DNA of 64,000 bases, taken from NCBI RefSeq assembly GCF_004010195.1, contig NC_057718.1, forward strand, positions 67,234,588-67,298,587. The letters are read 5' to 3'. The position numbers were made by a program, and so were the translations under genes. The DNA is from Chiloscyllium plagiosum (taxonomy: Eukaryota). Shown here piece by piece: positions 13,708 through 25,922 of the stretch. Position 1 is the first letter of the stretch. Every line of letters starts with the position of its first letter. The notes beneath the pieces are model-generated. The model had not been told where the DNA came from, searched no databases, and was given only the letters and a program-made list of their open reading frames with translations.

Positions 13708-14050
13708 GTGAAGTGTGAGGTGATGCACTTTAGTTGGAAGACAATATAAACAAAAGGGATACAATTCTAAAGGGGGTGCAGGAGCAGAGAGACCTGGTTA
13801 TATATGTGCACAGATCATTGACTGTAGCAGGACAGGTGGAGAGAGCAGTTAATAAAGTATACAGATTATTAATAGAGACATAGGGTACAAGAGTAAGAAA
13901 GCAATGTTCCAGTTGTATAAGAGCTTTGTTAGATTTCAACTGGAGTACTGTGTACAGTTGTGGGCACCACATTATAGGAAGAATACGATACATTGAAGAG
14001 AGTGCAAATTGATTTACACAAGATGGTTCCAGGAATGAGAAACTTCAGTT
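13708..14050 (+). mobile_element. CR1 RT C-terminal fragment (different subfamily)
   Basis: KCEVMHF, EQRDL and LEYCVQLWAPHY. Confidence 0.85.
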
Positions 14051-15189
14051 AGATAATAGAAGCAGTACAGATACTCCTCCAGCTTCATAATAATGCTGCA
14101 ATTTTACAGACCTCATGGGTTATTTCACAGCTAAATAACATTCGCACCATGCGATGTAGGTGCACTGTTTTACTGATGCATTTTTCCGAGTGGTGAGGCA
14201 GGGCATTAGTATAGTTACTTCACTATTGATTCATCTGAAGGTATAATTCGGACATTAACATGGCTAATTTAACATTTAATATCCAAAGTTAGAAATGGAG
14301 AACAGCAAACAACAAGTTAGACATGTCTTTGACACTAACCTGAGGACTACCTAATGAGCAACTTAGAAACGCAAACTATCAAACAAAGTCTGAATCCAGC
14401 TCAGTCTTACTGGAAACAGATAGCAATGAGGTTGCTTTTGGTCTTCTGGGTTCTACAAAGCATTGCTTTCTTCTCCTGTGCACTGCACTCCTGGACATTC
14501 TCATGATCCTCACACTTAGTTTCAGAAGATTGCTCTCTCCCCTCCATTTCATATACTTCCAGGACATTATCTATTTTGTTGGCTTAAGACGTGCAGGGTG
14601 CAACGTACCACATTGATATGAGTCCTCATTCTTGATCTATACTGCAAAGTCTTGTTAGAGTGATCTGCCATTGAAGCCTTATCTTCCCGATGTCTATGGT
14701 ATGTTCTACTCTGGCCCTGGTAGAATAGTGTGAACCTTAGTTCTACTTCTGTCTGTCAATTTCTTCCAGGTTTCATGAACAAGGTTTGGTTTCACAGCAT
14801 ACATCCTTGTATAGACTGAGAACCTTGGAAAGAGGCAAGCACTTGGTGAGTTCTCTGGTTATGTACAAGTCATGATAGTTCTCAGGATATCTGGTACAGA
14901 CCTCCATTATGTGGCTCAATGATTACAAATTAGTTGACCATTAAGGAGTATAATGATGCCTGTTCACAAACACTACTGTTTGGTGATAGGGTGCTGTTAA
15001 AGCAACGCAGGTACAATTGATAGCACACGTGACATCAAAACTTAAATCAAATCAAACCTTGTGCCTGAGGGAAGCCGGTGACTATGGGGAATACCAATGC
15101 CTAGCAGCTTTACTGTCATCATCAATGGAAAAGATATGAATAGATGTATTCTGGAGAACACTGTGTCACCAGCACAGATCGAAGTTGCA

Positions 15190-16070
15190 AGGTCTTTTAA
15201 CCAATTATAGTGGGGAGGACTCAGGAGAGGTTATTAATGTTTTCAGAACAAGTATTAGGACAAGGTGTATGCAATGGGTCAGGAATCTAAGATCAGGCAC
15301 AGCAGATATGGGGACAACTGTGAGAAGAGGGAAACTTTCAACGCAGGACTGAGAGTGTTGTACTTAAATGCATGCAGTATACAAAACAAGGTAAATGAAT
15401 TTGTAAGGCAGATTGAAATTGGCATGTATGATTTTGTGGGGTTGGGAAATAAATATCCAATGATGCACATCATATAAAAGGAGAGGCAGGAGGACAAGGT
15501 TGCCTCGTTAATAAGAAATGAAATTAAACCCAAAATAAGAAGTGATGTAGGGTTGTAAGGAGTAAAATCTGTGTGGGTAAAGTTGAGGAACTGCAAAAGA
15601 AAAAAGATTCTGATGGGAGTTATGTACAGGCCTCCTAGCAGCAGTCAGTATGTGGGGCAGAAAATAAATCAGGAGACAAAAGAAACATGCAAGAAAGACA
15701 CTAATGCAATAATCATAAGACTTCTAAATGCGAGGGGTTTGGGAAATCAGATTGGTAGCAGTTCCCAAGAAGAGGAATTCATGGGATATCAACAAGATAG
15801 CTTTTTGGAGCAGTTTGTGGGAGAGCCCACTCAGGCACAGGCAATTCTGGATTTGGTGATGCGGAATGAGGCAGACTTGATTAGGGAGCTTAACATGAAA
15901 GACGCCCTAGAGGGCAGTGACCATAATATGACAGAATTCACCCTGCTGTTTGAGAGGGAGAAGCTGGAATTAGATGTAACTGTATTATAGTTGAGTAAAG
16001 GCAACTACAAAGACATCGAGAAAGGAGCTGACCAGATTTCATTGGAAGGGGAGCCGAGCAGGGAAGATGA
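15190..16070 (+). mobile_element. CR1 ORF2 APE-endonuclease fragment
   Basis: LRVLYLNACSIQNK, WVKLRN..LMGVMYRPP, AILDLV and SDHNM. Confidence 0.85.
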
Positions 16071-17007
16071 TGTTCAAAATTCAAAGTTCAATTCTCAAAC
16101 CAAAAATAAGAAAGATAAAAGAAAAACAATGATGCCATTACATCTTAAATTCCAGGAATATCTGATGAAGGGGCTTATCCCTCAAATGGGTATGACAATA
16201 CCAGGTCTGACAGCAGTAAAGACCCTAATGTGATATTTAATTACAAAATAGAAGGGTTTATTATAATAAAGTGCCACCTATGCCAACTCTGTGCCCTCAG
16301 TGTTTTCTTCCTTCCTCTCACATTGTGTTTAAATGTGGTCATGACCGCTACATTGAGAATTCCTCTTCTGTAGTTAACCATGTTGGGCTGGAAGACTTCT
16401 CTGGTCATCTCCTGGTGCCTTTGGGCTAAAATCCCCAGGTCTACCCAGATTTAGGTTCCCCCTTCTCAGGTTGAACAGATGCAGGCTTGACATGACAGGG
16501 AAGGAGGAGATGCAGGGTGGGAGTGTCCGAGGTGAAAGTTTCTGGAGGCCAAGGTGAGGCCCATCTTGTGTCTAGATGCATACTAACACCATCCCATCTC
16601 TCTGAAAGTTAAAAGAATCTGAAGTGAGGTCAAAATCCTTCAGTTCTCTCTTGCTTTACCATTGATGCTGACAACCTTTTTATTAGAGTGATGGGGTGTA
16701 TGTCCCTGAGCATATTGAGCAATGACTGAGTAGAATGGAGCTGTTTCTTCATGATGATGGCTAGCCTGACCAATGACACTGCTAAATTTGATGGACTCCT
16801 CCATCCTTCAATCCAATTTACTGACTGCCTCTGAGAAACCTCCCTGCTGTCCCTGTGACAAAGTTATTAATGGCCAAGATGATTCGATCAAGTTCTATTT
16901 AGAGTTCGGAAGTTGTGAGGGTTATTTTAATCCAAGGTTTTTTGCTAGAGAATATCCCAGTTTTAAAGATAAAAGACCTGGATTAAAACACAGGCTGTCA
17001 GTTATAC

Positions 17008-18770
17008 AGTCATAGATCCATCATGGATCGGTCCGATCCATCCATGCTGACCAGATATCCCAAACCAATCTAGTCCCACCTGCCAGCACCCGGACCATAT
17101 CCCTCCAAACCCTTCCTATTCATATACCCATCCAAATTGGTCAATACTCTGACCAATAAAGGAAAGCATACCAAACGCCTTCTTCACTATCCTATCTACC
17201 TGCGACTCCACTTTCAAGGAGTTATGAACCTGCACTCCAAGGTCTCTTTGTTCAGCAACACTCCCTAGGATCTTACCATTAAGTGTATAAGTCCTGCTAA
17301 GAAATGCTTTCCCAAAATGCAGCACCTCGCATTTATCTGAATTAAACTCCATCTGCCACTTCACAGCCCATTGGCCCATCTGGTCCAGATCCTGTTGTAA
17401 TCTGAGGTAACCCTCTTTGTTGTCCACTACACCTCCAATTTTGGTGTCATCTGCAAACTTATCTCTTATGCTCACATCCAAATCATTTATATAAGTGACG
17501 AAAAGTAGTGGACCCAGCACCGATCCTTTTGGTACTCCACTGGTCACAGGCCTCCAGTCTGAAAAACAACCCTCCACCACCACNNNNNNNNNNNNNNNNN
17601 NNNNNNNNNNNNNNNNNNNNNNNNNNNNNNNNNNNNNNNNNNNNNNNNNNNNNNNNNNNNNNNNNNNNNNNNNNNNNNNNNNNNNNNNNNNNNNNNNNNN
17701 NNNNNNNNNNNNNNNNNNNNNNNNNNNNNNNNNNNNNNNNNNNNNNNNNNNNNNNNNNNNNNNNNNNNNNNNNNNNNNNNNNNNNNNNNNNNNNNNNNNN
17801 NNNNNNNNNNNNNNNNNNNNNNNNNNNNNNNNNNNNNNNNNNNNNNNNNNNNNNNNNNNNNNNNNNNNNNNNNNNNNNNNNNNNNNNNNNNNNNNNNNNN
17901 NNNNNNNNNNNNNNNNNNNNNNNNNNNNNNNNNNNNNNNNNNNNNNNNNNNNNNNNNNNNNNNNNNNNNNNNNNNNNNNNNNNNNNNNNNNNNNNNNNNN
18001 NNNNNNNNNNNNNNNNNNNNNNNNNNNNNNNNNNNNNNNNNNNNNNNNNNNNNNNNNNNNNNNNNNNNNNNNNNNNNNNNNNNNNNNNNNNNNNNNNNNN
18101 NNNNNNNNNNNNNNNNNNNNNNNNNNNNNNNNNNNNNNNNNNNNNNNNNNNNNNNNNNNNNNNNNNNNNNNNNNNNNNNNNNNNNNNNNNNNNNNNNNNN
18201 NNNNNNNNNNNNNNNNNNNNNNNNNNNNNNNNNNNNNNNNNNNNNNNNNNNNNNNNNNNNNNNNNNNNNNNNNNNNNNNNNNNNNNNNNNNNNNNNNNNN
18301 NNNNNNNNNNNNNNNNNNNNNNNNNNNNNNNNNNNNNNNNNNNNNNNNNNNNNNNNNNNNNNNNNNNNNNNNNNNNNNNNNNNNNNNNNNNNNNNNNNNN
18401 NNNNNNNNNNNNNNNNNNNNNNNNNNNNNNNNNNNNNNNNNNNNNNNNNNNNNNNNNNNNNNNNNNNNNNNNNNNNNNNNNNNNNNNNNNNNNNNNNNNN
18501 NNNNNNNNNNNNNNNNNNNNNNNNNNNNNNNNNNNNNNNNNNNNNNGTGCTCCCCCACTGACACCTCAGTCACCTGCCCTGCCTTATTTCCCAAGAGTAG
18601 GTCAAGTTTTGCACCTTCTCTAGTAGGTACATCCACATTCTGAATCAGAAAATTGTGTTGTACGCACTTAACAAATTCCTCTCCATCTAAACACTAACAC
18701 TATGGCAGTCCCAGTCTATATTTGGAAAGTTAAAATCTCCTACCATAACCACCCTATTATTCTTACAGAT
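17008..18770 (-). mobile_element. CR1 (HER1-like) LINE spanning an assembly gap
   Basis: PTREGAKLDLLLGN before the gap; VTSGVPKGSVLGPLLF and KFADDTKIGG after it; 3' UTR tail with an internal deletion near 17136. Confidence 0.9.
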
Positions 18771-19104
18771 AGGAGTAATTTGCTCAGTTGATGGGATTGT
18801 TGTGTTGTGCCCCATACCTAGTTAAATGCAAATGGTACATTTGGTTTATTCCATTTAGATCATTTTGCAGTGCATTAATACAGTTGATGCAGTATGCTAG
18901 AGCATTTCAAGGAGCAGTTTAGAATCAACCTGTGAGTTGAGTCGCATATGGGATCAGGTAAGGGTAATAGATTTCCTGCCCTGCAGGACATTAATGAGAA
19001 AGCTTATCATTTTATCACAATCTGGTCATTTCATGTTCACCACGATTGAGATTAGCTTTCACTTCAAGATCCATTATTTGACCAAGTTTTTTTTAGCAAG
19101 TTTT

Positions 19105-19275
19105 GAGAGTCCGTGGGTTTGTAGTAGATGTCTGTGGTTAGTCAGTTGCTGGAAATGGAGATGGAGCAGTCCAGAAAGGGAAGGGAGGTGTCTGAGATGG
19201 TCCAGGTGAATTTGAGGTCGGGGTGAAAGGTGTTAATGAAGTTGATGAACTGCTCAACCTCCTTGTGGGAGCAAG
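19105..19275 (-). mobile_element. Penelope RT fragment
   Basis: CSHKEVEQFINFINTFHPDLKFTWTISDTSLPFLD. Confidence 0.9.
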
Positions 19276-19664
19276 TTTCTTTTCTCAGATGCTGTGAGAG
19301 GATTTGAACTTCTGACTGGATCATGTGTAACTGAACAAGCCAATGTGAATCTTAGGTGACATGGGTATTGATGACATGACTAATGATTCTGATACACAAT
19401 ATACAGACGTGTGCAGCACCCTTACATTGAAAGCAATGCTTCCAAACAGAATAGGATAAGGCAGACCATTGGTGTGCTTAAGCAATACTTCTGCTATTTG
19501 GGCTACACTGGAGGAACCCTGCAGAATGTGTGTTCAGATTTGTGTTGGTCATTCAATGCAGTACAATCTCACCATCATGAAGGGGTATTCAAGCATCTTT
19601 GTCCTCCTCTGAATAGTTGCTGCCATCTCCAGTTTGCTGTGACGAATCTGTGTTCAGATATTCA

Positions 19665-19850
19665 TAGGATCATAGATTCCCTACAATGTGGAAGATCATT
19701 CAACCCATCAAATCCACACTGCCCCTCTGAAGAGAGTCCACCCAGACCCAGACCCCTACCCTATCCTTGTAACTCTGCATTTCCCACCTAACCTGCATAT
19801 CCCTGAACACTATGGTCAATTTAGCAAGGCCAATCCACCCAACCTCACCC
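19665..19850 (-). mobile_element. HE1-type SINE 3' part
   Basis: Matches the 3' half of the SINEs at 5968 and 39803. Confidence 0.75.
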
Positions 19851-21208
19851 TGTCCCTTAGTGACTGACGAGGAGAAATTGAAGACTGGAGATCAGAGTCG
19901 AGAGAGTGGTGCTGGAAAAGCACAGCAGGTCAGGCAGCATCCGAGGAACAGGAGAATCAATATTTTGGAATGAAGCTTGTGGGCTGGGGGGCTGAGAGAT
20001 AAGTGGGAAGGTGGTGAAGCTAAGGAGAAGGTAGCTGAGAATACAATAGGTAGATGAAGGTGGGTGGGAAGGTGACAGGTCAGAGAGGAGAGTGGAATGG
20101 ATAGATGGGAAAGACAATGGACAGGTCCAGAGGACAATTGGGACTGGGGTAAGGTGGAGAGAGGGGAAATGAGGAAACTGGCAAAATCCACGTTAATCCC
20201 ATGTGGTTGCATAGTCCCAAGTCAGAAGATAAGGTGTTCTTCCTCCAGGCATCGGGTAGTTAGGGTTTGGTGATGGAGGAGACCCAGGACCTGCAAGTCC
20301 TTGGTGGAATGGGAGGGGGAGTTGGAGTGATCAGCCATGGGGCAGTGGGGTTGGTTGGTGCAGTTGTCCCAGAGATGTTCTCTGAAACAATCCGCAACAT
20401 GGAGTCCTGTCTCTCTGATGTAGAGGAGACCACATTGGGTGCAACGGATACAGTAAATGACATTAGTAGAGGTACAGGTAAATTTCTGTCAGATGTGGAA
20501 GGATCGTTTGGGACGTTGGACAGAAGTGACAGTGAGGTTAGGCACAGGTTTTGTACTTCCTGCAGTGGCTGGGGAAGGTGCAAAGAGTGGGGTGAGAGCT
20601 AGAGGGAGGTGTGGATCTGACAAGGGAGTCGCAGAGGGATTGGTCTCTCCAAAACATTGATGGGGTGGGGAGGGAAATATATCCCAAGTGATGGGGTCTG
20701 TTTGTAGGTGGCCAACATGGCGGAGGATGATGCGAGATATACAGAGGTTGGCGGGGTGAAAGGTGAGGACCAGGGTGGTTCTGTTCTTGTCGTGTTTGAA
20801 GGGTGGGGTTCAAGGGCGGAGGTGCGGTAAGTGAAGGAGATGCACTAGAGGGCATCATCAACCATGTGGGAGGGGAAATTGCGGTCTTTGAAGAAGGAGG
20901 TCATCTGGGATTTTCTATGGTGGAATTGATCATCGTGGGAACAAATGCAGCTGAGGCAGAGGAATTGGGAATAAGCGATGGCATATTTACAGGAGGCAGG
21001 GTGGGAGGAGGCGTAGTCCAGGTAGCTGTGGGAGTCCGTGGGTTTGTAGTAGATGTTTGTAGTTGGTTGCTGGAAATGGAGATGGAGGGGTCCAGGAATG
21101 GGAGGAAGGTGTCCGACATGGTCCAGGTGAATTTGAGGTTTGGGTGAAAGGTGTTAATGAAGTTGATGAACTCTTCAACCTCCTCATGGCTGCACAAGGT
21201 AGCGCCAA

Positions 21209-22168
21209 CCTTCGCATAAACCAAATCATCCGCCGCCACCTCCAAACGGACCCCACCACCAGGGATATATTTCCCTCCCCACCCCTTTCTGCCTTCCACA
21301 AAGACCGTTTCCTCCATGACAACCTAGTCAGGTCCACTCCCCCCTACAACCCACCCTCCCGTCCTGGCACCCTGCCCTGCCACCGCAGGAATTGCAAACC
21401 CTGCGTCCACACCTCCTCCCTCACCTCCATCCAAAACCCTAAAGGAGCCTTCCATATCCATCAAAGTTTTACCTGCACATCCACCAATATCATTTATTGT
21501 ATCCGTTGCTCCCAATGCGGTCTCCTCTACATTGGGGAGGCTGAATGCCTCCTAGCAGAACGTTTTAGGGAACATCTCTGGAACACCCGCACCAATCAAC
21601 CACACCGTCCTGTGGCCCAACATTTCAACTCCCCCTCCCACTCTGCCGAGGACATGGAGGTCCTGGGCCTCCTTCACTGCCGCTTCCTTACCACCCGACG
21701 CCTGGAGGAAGAACGCCTCATCTTCCGCCTCGGAACACTTCAACCCCAGGGCATCAATGTGGACTTCACCAGTTTCCTCATTTCCTCTTCCCCCACCTCA
21801 CCCCAGTTCCAAACTTCCAGCTCAGCACCGTCCCCATGACCTGTCCTACCTGCCTATCTTCTTTTCCACCTATCCACTCCACCCTCCTCTCTGACCTATC
21901 ACCTTCATCCCCACCCCCATCCACCCATTGTACTCTTTGCTACCTTCGCCCACCTTCCTCCCTGACCTATCACCTTCATCCCCACACCCATTCACCTATT
22001 GTACTCTATGCTACTTTCTCCCCAGCCCCACCCTCCTCTCATTTATCTCTGCACCCTTCAGGCACTCTGCCTGTATTCCTGATGAAGGGCTTTTGCCCGA
22101 AACGTCGGATTTTCCTGCTACTTGGATGCTGCCTGAACTGCTGTGCTTTTCCAGTACCACTCTACTCC
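21209..22168 (+). mobile_element. Younger 5'-truncated Penelope element with an open GIY-YIG endonuclease reading frame
   Basis: FTCTSTNIIYCIRCSQCGLLYIGE..LAERFREHL...EERLIFRLGTLQPQGIN; flanked by AGCGCCAA (21201-21208) and AGTGCCAA (22169-22176). Confidence 0.95.
22075..22110 (+). ncRNA. Minimal type-I hammerhead ribozyme motif in the Penelope 3' region
   Basis: attc-CTGATGA-a-GGGC-tttt-GCCC-GAAA-C-GTC-ggat: core boxes, stem II, palindromic ACGT helix III and a 4-bp helix I. Confidence 0.75.
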
Positions 22169-23479
22169 AGTGCCAATACAGTCATCGATATAGTGGAGGA
22201 AAAGGTGAGGGGTGGTGCTGGTGTAGTGGCGGACGATGGATTGTTCCAAGTACCCGACAAAGAAGAAGGCATAGCTGGGCCCATGCGGGTGCCCATGGCT
22301 TGTCTCTTTGGTTTGGAGGAAGTGGGAGGATTGGAAGGAGATGTTGGTAAGAGTCAGGACCTGTTCAGCCAGGTGGCTGAGGGTGTCAGTGGAAGGTTAC
22401 TGGTTGGGATGGCGTGAAAGGAAGAAATGGAGGGCTTAGAGGCCTTCGTCGTGGCGAATAGATATGTACAGGGACTGGATGTTCATGGTGAAGATAACGT
22501 GTTGGGGGCTGAGGAAACGAAAGTCTTGGAGGAGGTGAAGGGCATGGATATCCAGTCAGATGAAGACCCCAAGGTCCCAAAGTAATAACTCCAGACGCCT
22601 GACTCAAAAGGAATACACTGTTGGACACCAAAATGGAGTCATCACTCATGGCGTACATAGGGTAGTCCTAGTCCAGAATAGACGGTTCTGCAGGCCCATC
22701 TTTGTGTCTGCTTTCTTTCTTCCCTTCTGTTAATCACCACCTGTAAATCACCTGTGTTTCCAATTCTTATTTTAAAAAGAGCTCAGGTTTGGTAGTTTGC
22801 ATTATTATTTATGGTCTTCACAAGTAATTATTCAATTGACAACACAGTTGATTTACTGCTGATGGTTAATAGGAAAATAAAGCACCACAGTGATTTGGTG
22901 ATGGGAAAAAGACCGTTCCGTTGCATATGATAACACCTCCGGATATTAAAAGAGTAAAAATATATAAAGAACTCAGACGATGAGTTCCAGCTGGGCAGGC
23001 CATTGTCTGTTACCAAGGGAACTCATACTCAACAAGCTCCGTGCAGAGATTAATTAGTGATTCCCCATGGACAATGCATAATTGTTTTCTTCTTTTGTGC
23101 TCAATGGGCACAACGTAATGCTGAAGTGTGTGTGTGTGTTTGTGTGTGTGCCCCTGCCTGCGCCGGTGTGGGGTCAGTGTGTGGGTGGCTGACATTAATA
23201 GGGTACATTTAAATCAGGCAGAAGGGTGGCAGGTAGGTATTACCACTGCCTTTCCTCCTTCACCTTAATTAAGTTCATGGCACAGGCCTTAGACAGCATT
23301 CTCTCTCCTCCCCCGCCACATCCAAATGATCAAGACCCTTAAGGCAATTAATGCCCAATTGAGGACCTCATTTGAGCAGCAGGCAGGATACTCAGAATGT
23401 GTTGAGCATCGCAATAAAACCCTGGTATGCAAATGGTCTCAACTATCACTTCAGAAGCCTGACATGAAATCCAGTCTCT

Positions 23480-23615
23480 GGCTGCCTCTGAACTCTCTGC
23501 CTCTGGATTCCTGATAAAGGGCTTTTGCCCGAAATAAAATTTTTCTGATTTTTCCTGCTCCTCAGATGCTGCCTGACCTGCTGTGCTTTTCTAGCACCAC
23601 TCTAATCTTGACTCT
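23480..23615 (+). mobile_element. PLE 3' tail with a mutated hammerhead motif
   Basis: CCTGATAAAGGGCTTTTGCCCGAAA...GATGCTGCCTGACCTGCTGTGCTTTT. Confidence 0.85.
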
Positions 23616-23729
23616 GAACTCTCACCTGACTCCGGATGACACTCACGCTCTCCATTCCTGGCAAGGATGTTCCCAATTTGAATAACACCTACCCAAACAC
23701 TCCCCTGACATTTGCCCACTTCAATATAT

Positions 23730-23820
23730 CTGAAGAAGGGCTTATGCCCGAAACGTCGATTCTCCTGTTCCTTGGATGCTGCCTGACCTGCTGCGCTTTT
23801 CCAGCAACACATTTTCAGCT
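23730..23820 (+). mobile_element. PLE-derived mini-element with a hammerhead motif
   Basis: CTGAAGAAGGGCTTATGCCCGAAACGTCGA; TSD TCAATATATCTGAAG at 23721-23735 and 23820-23834. Confidence 0.9.
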
Positions 23821-23894
23821 CAATATATCTGAAGCCAATATGACTTTTCTCATCAAGTCCAATTTCTGGTCCTTAAGCAAGTTCCAGTAGAAAT

Positions 23895-24285
23895 ACTGAG
23901 AGTAATATCAGTGCATTAGTAATCCAGAGACTCAGTGTTTAGTTCTGGGGACATGAGTTCTCATCACATTTGAAGGAGTATAAGTTCAATCAATAAAATT
24001 CAGAAATTAATCCAGACTTGGTAATAGTGTTAAAAATGTTATCAATGAGTATTGTTGAAAACCCATCTTTTTCACTACTGCTCTTAAAGGAAGGACATCT
24101 GCCATCTGGACCTGGTCTAAATGTGACCCCAGGGCAATTTAGTTGACACTTCATGATACTCAGAATGTGTTGAGCATAGCAAGGCCCTAAACTGTCCTAA
24201 CAAGCCATTCAGCAGATGGACAATTAGTGATGAGAAAGAAATGCTGGCTGTGCCAATGACACTCATATCCTATGTTATTTTCTTT
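23895..24285 (+). mobile_element. tRNA-derived SINE (second family, sharing the L2/CR1-group LINE tail), degenerate
   Basis: TAGTAATCCAGAGAC..TCTGGGGACATGAGTTC..GGAAGGACATCTGCCATC; homologous to 50525-50868. Confidence 0.7.
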
Positions 24286-25842
24286 GTAAGAAACAGGACA
24301 TCATTAGAGAGTGCCCTTGGCCGCAGTCACGCTTCTCATTGCCTTTATCCTTGTAATACGTGGGCAGGGGTTTTGTCACTTAGAAAAGCATAACCAAAAG
24401 TTTGGAAACATTGGGGACCCAGCACATCCCAAGCCCTGGCATTTACTGTGCTGTACTGCCAAATACCCCAGGATTAAAGCAATGGAACGATGCTGAAAAA
24501 TTGATGCTAACATTTTTCATGATATTGGGTAAGCAGGGCCCCAAAGCACTGTTCCTTTCATCCAGCATTTTCTTTAAATAATGCCATGCTGTCTTTTACA
24601 GTGTAAACAGATGAAGCCTTAGAAACAGCTCTCTGCACCACACTGCAGCATCACCACTTGTCCAAAACATTGGAATTCTGTCCTTCTATCAGAATTATGT
24701 TTGGATCAGGTGTACCTTTATATTCGACATAAGCACAAAATATAAAGATGTAAACTTGATTCAGTTGGTCAATATAAATTGTGAGTGTGACATATTTTGA
24801 TCAGCCCTTTCTTCCCTCTTCGAGCAAAGTAATACAAAAACCAACTGTGCTTTATCAGTCACACTCTGTTCTAACACTGGGGATATTTATCGAGCTGCTG
24901 TAAAGTGACAGTCAACAAGTTTTGTCATCACATCACACTGTACCAGGGGATGAGAAGGTACAGTTATATCAGGAGACATGTTGTTTACTGTGTACAAGAT
25001 TTATTTTTGTCATCCCAGATACCCAAGGGGCAAGTAACAAACCTGATCTGCTCTAGTTACTGTATCTGTCATCTCACCAAGTCTGAAGGCTTCAAGCTTT
25101 CTGTTTTTGAAAAGTATGCTTAGTTTTGTTATTATTGCAGAGAACAATTAACATATAAAATTGATATAGCTTCTTTGGCTTTCAATCTTATTGTTAATTA
25201 TATTAGCCGACCTGATCTGTAGTTGTAGCCTGCTATTTGTGGTCTATTATTCATTATTAATGGGTTCATAATCTACAAAACATGGTTTTGAGTATTTTTT
25301 GAAATTCATTCACAAGTTGCGAGCATCGCTGGCAAGGTCCTCATGTGATGCTCATCCCTAATTGAACTTGAGAAGGTGGTGGTGAGTCACATTCTCGAGC
25401 CATCTACAGCCCATTGTGAAGTAAATACACCCACAGTGTGCTGTTAGGAAATGAGTTCCAGGACTTTAGTCCATGGTCAGTGAAGAAATGGTGTTGTGGT
25501 TTGAAGTCAGGATGGTGTTTGACTTGGAAGGCAACTTGTGGGTGGTGGTGTTCCTATGAATCAGTTGCTTTTGTCTCTCCAGATGGTAAAGATTGTAACT
25601 TTGTAAGGTGCTCTCAAATGAGCCTTAGCAAGTTTCTGCAGTGCATTTTGTACATGATATACACTGCTGCCACTGCCTGTCAGTGATCGTGGTGGATGAA
25701 GCTTCAATATTGATTTTCTTTATTTTAGTTGGAATAGCAATAGACAAATGGATAGTAATTCATCAGAATCCTTTCTTGTACCATGTAGATGTTGGACAGG
25801 CCTTGAACGAGTCAGAAAATGAGTTACGCATCACTGAATTCA

Positions 25843-25922
25843 TAGTCAAAAAGTGTGGCACTGGAAAAGCACAACAGGTCAGGCAGCATTCAAGGAGCTG
25901 GAGAATCAACATTTCGGGCATA
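25843..25922 (-). mobile_element. PLE-derived mini-element
   Basis: CTGGAAAAGCACAACAGGTCAGGCAGCAT...CATTTCGGGCATA. Confidence 0.8.

Larger units (their letters stand above)
19868..22546 (-). mobile_element. Penelope-like element (RT, GIY-YIG and 3' tail), interrupted at 21209-22168
   Basis: FTMNIQSLY, AMGTRMGPSYA and FLHYIDDCIG (22546-22170) continue as ATLCSHEEVEEFINF at 21205; decayed GIY-YIG at about 20250-20500. Confidence 0.92.

Noticed and set aside
17116..18643. Long ORFs of 371-506 aa
   Set aside because: Artefacts of reading through the N gap; the flanks are CR1.
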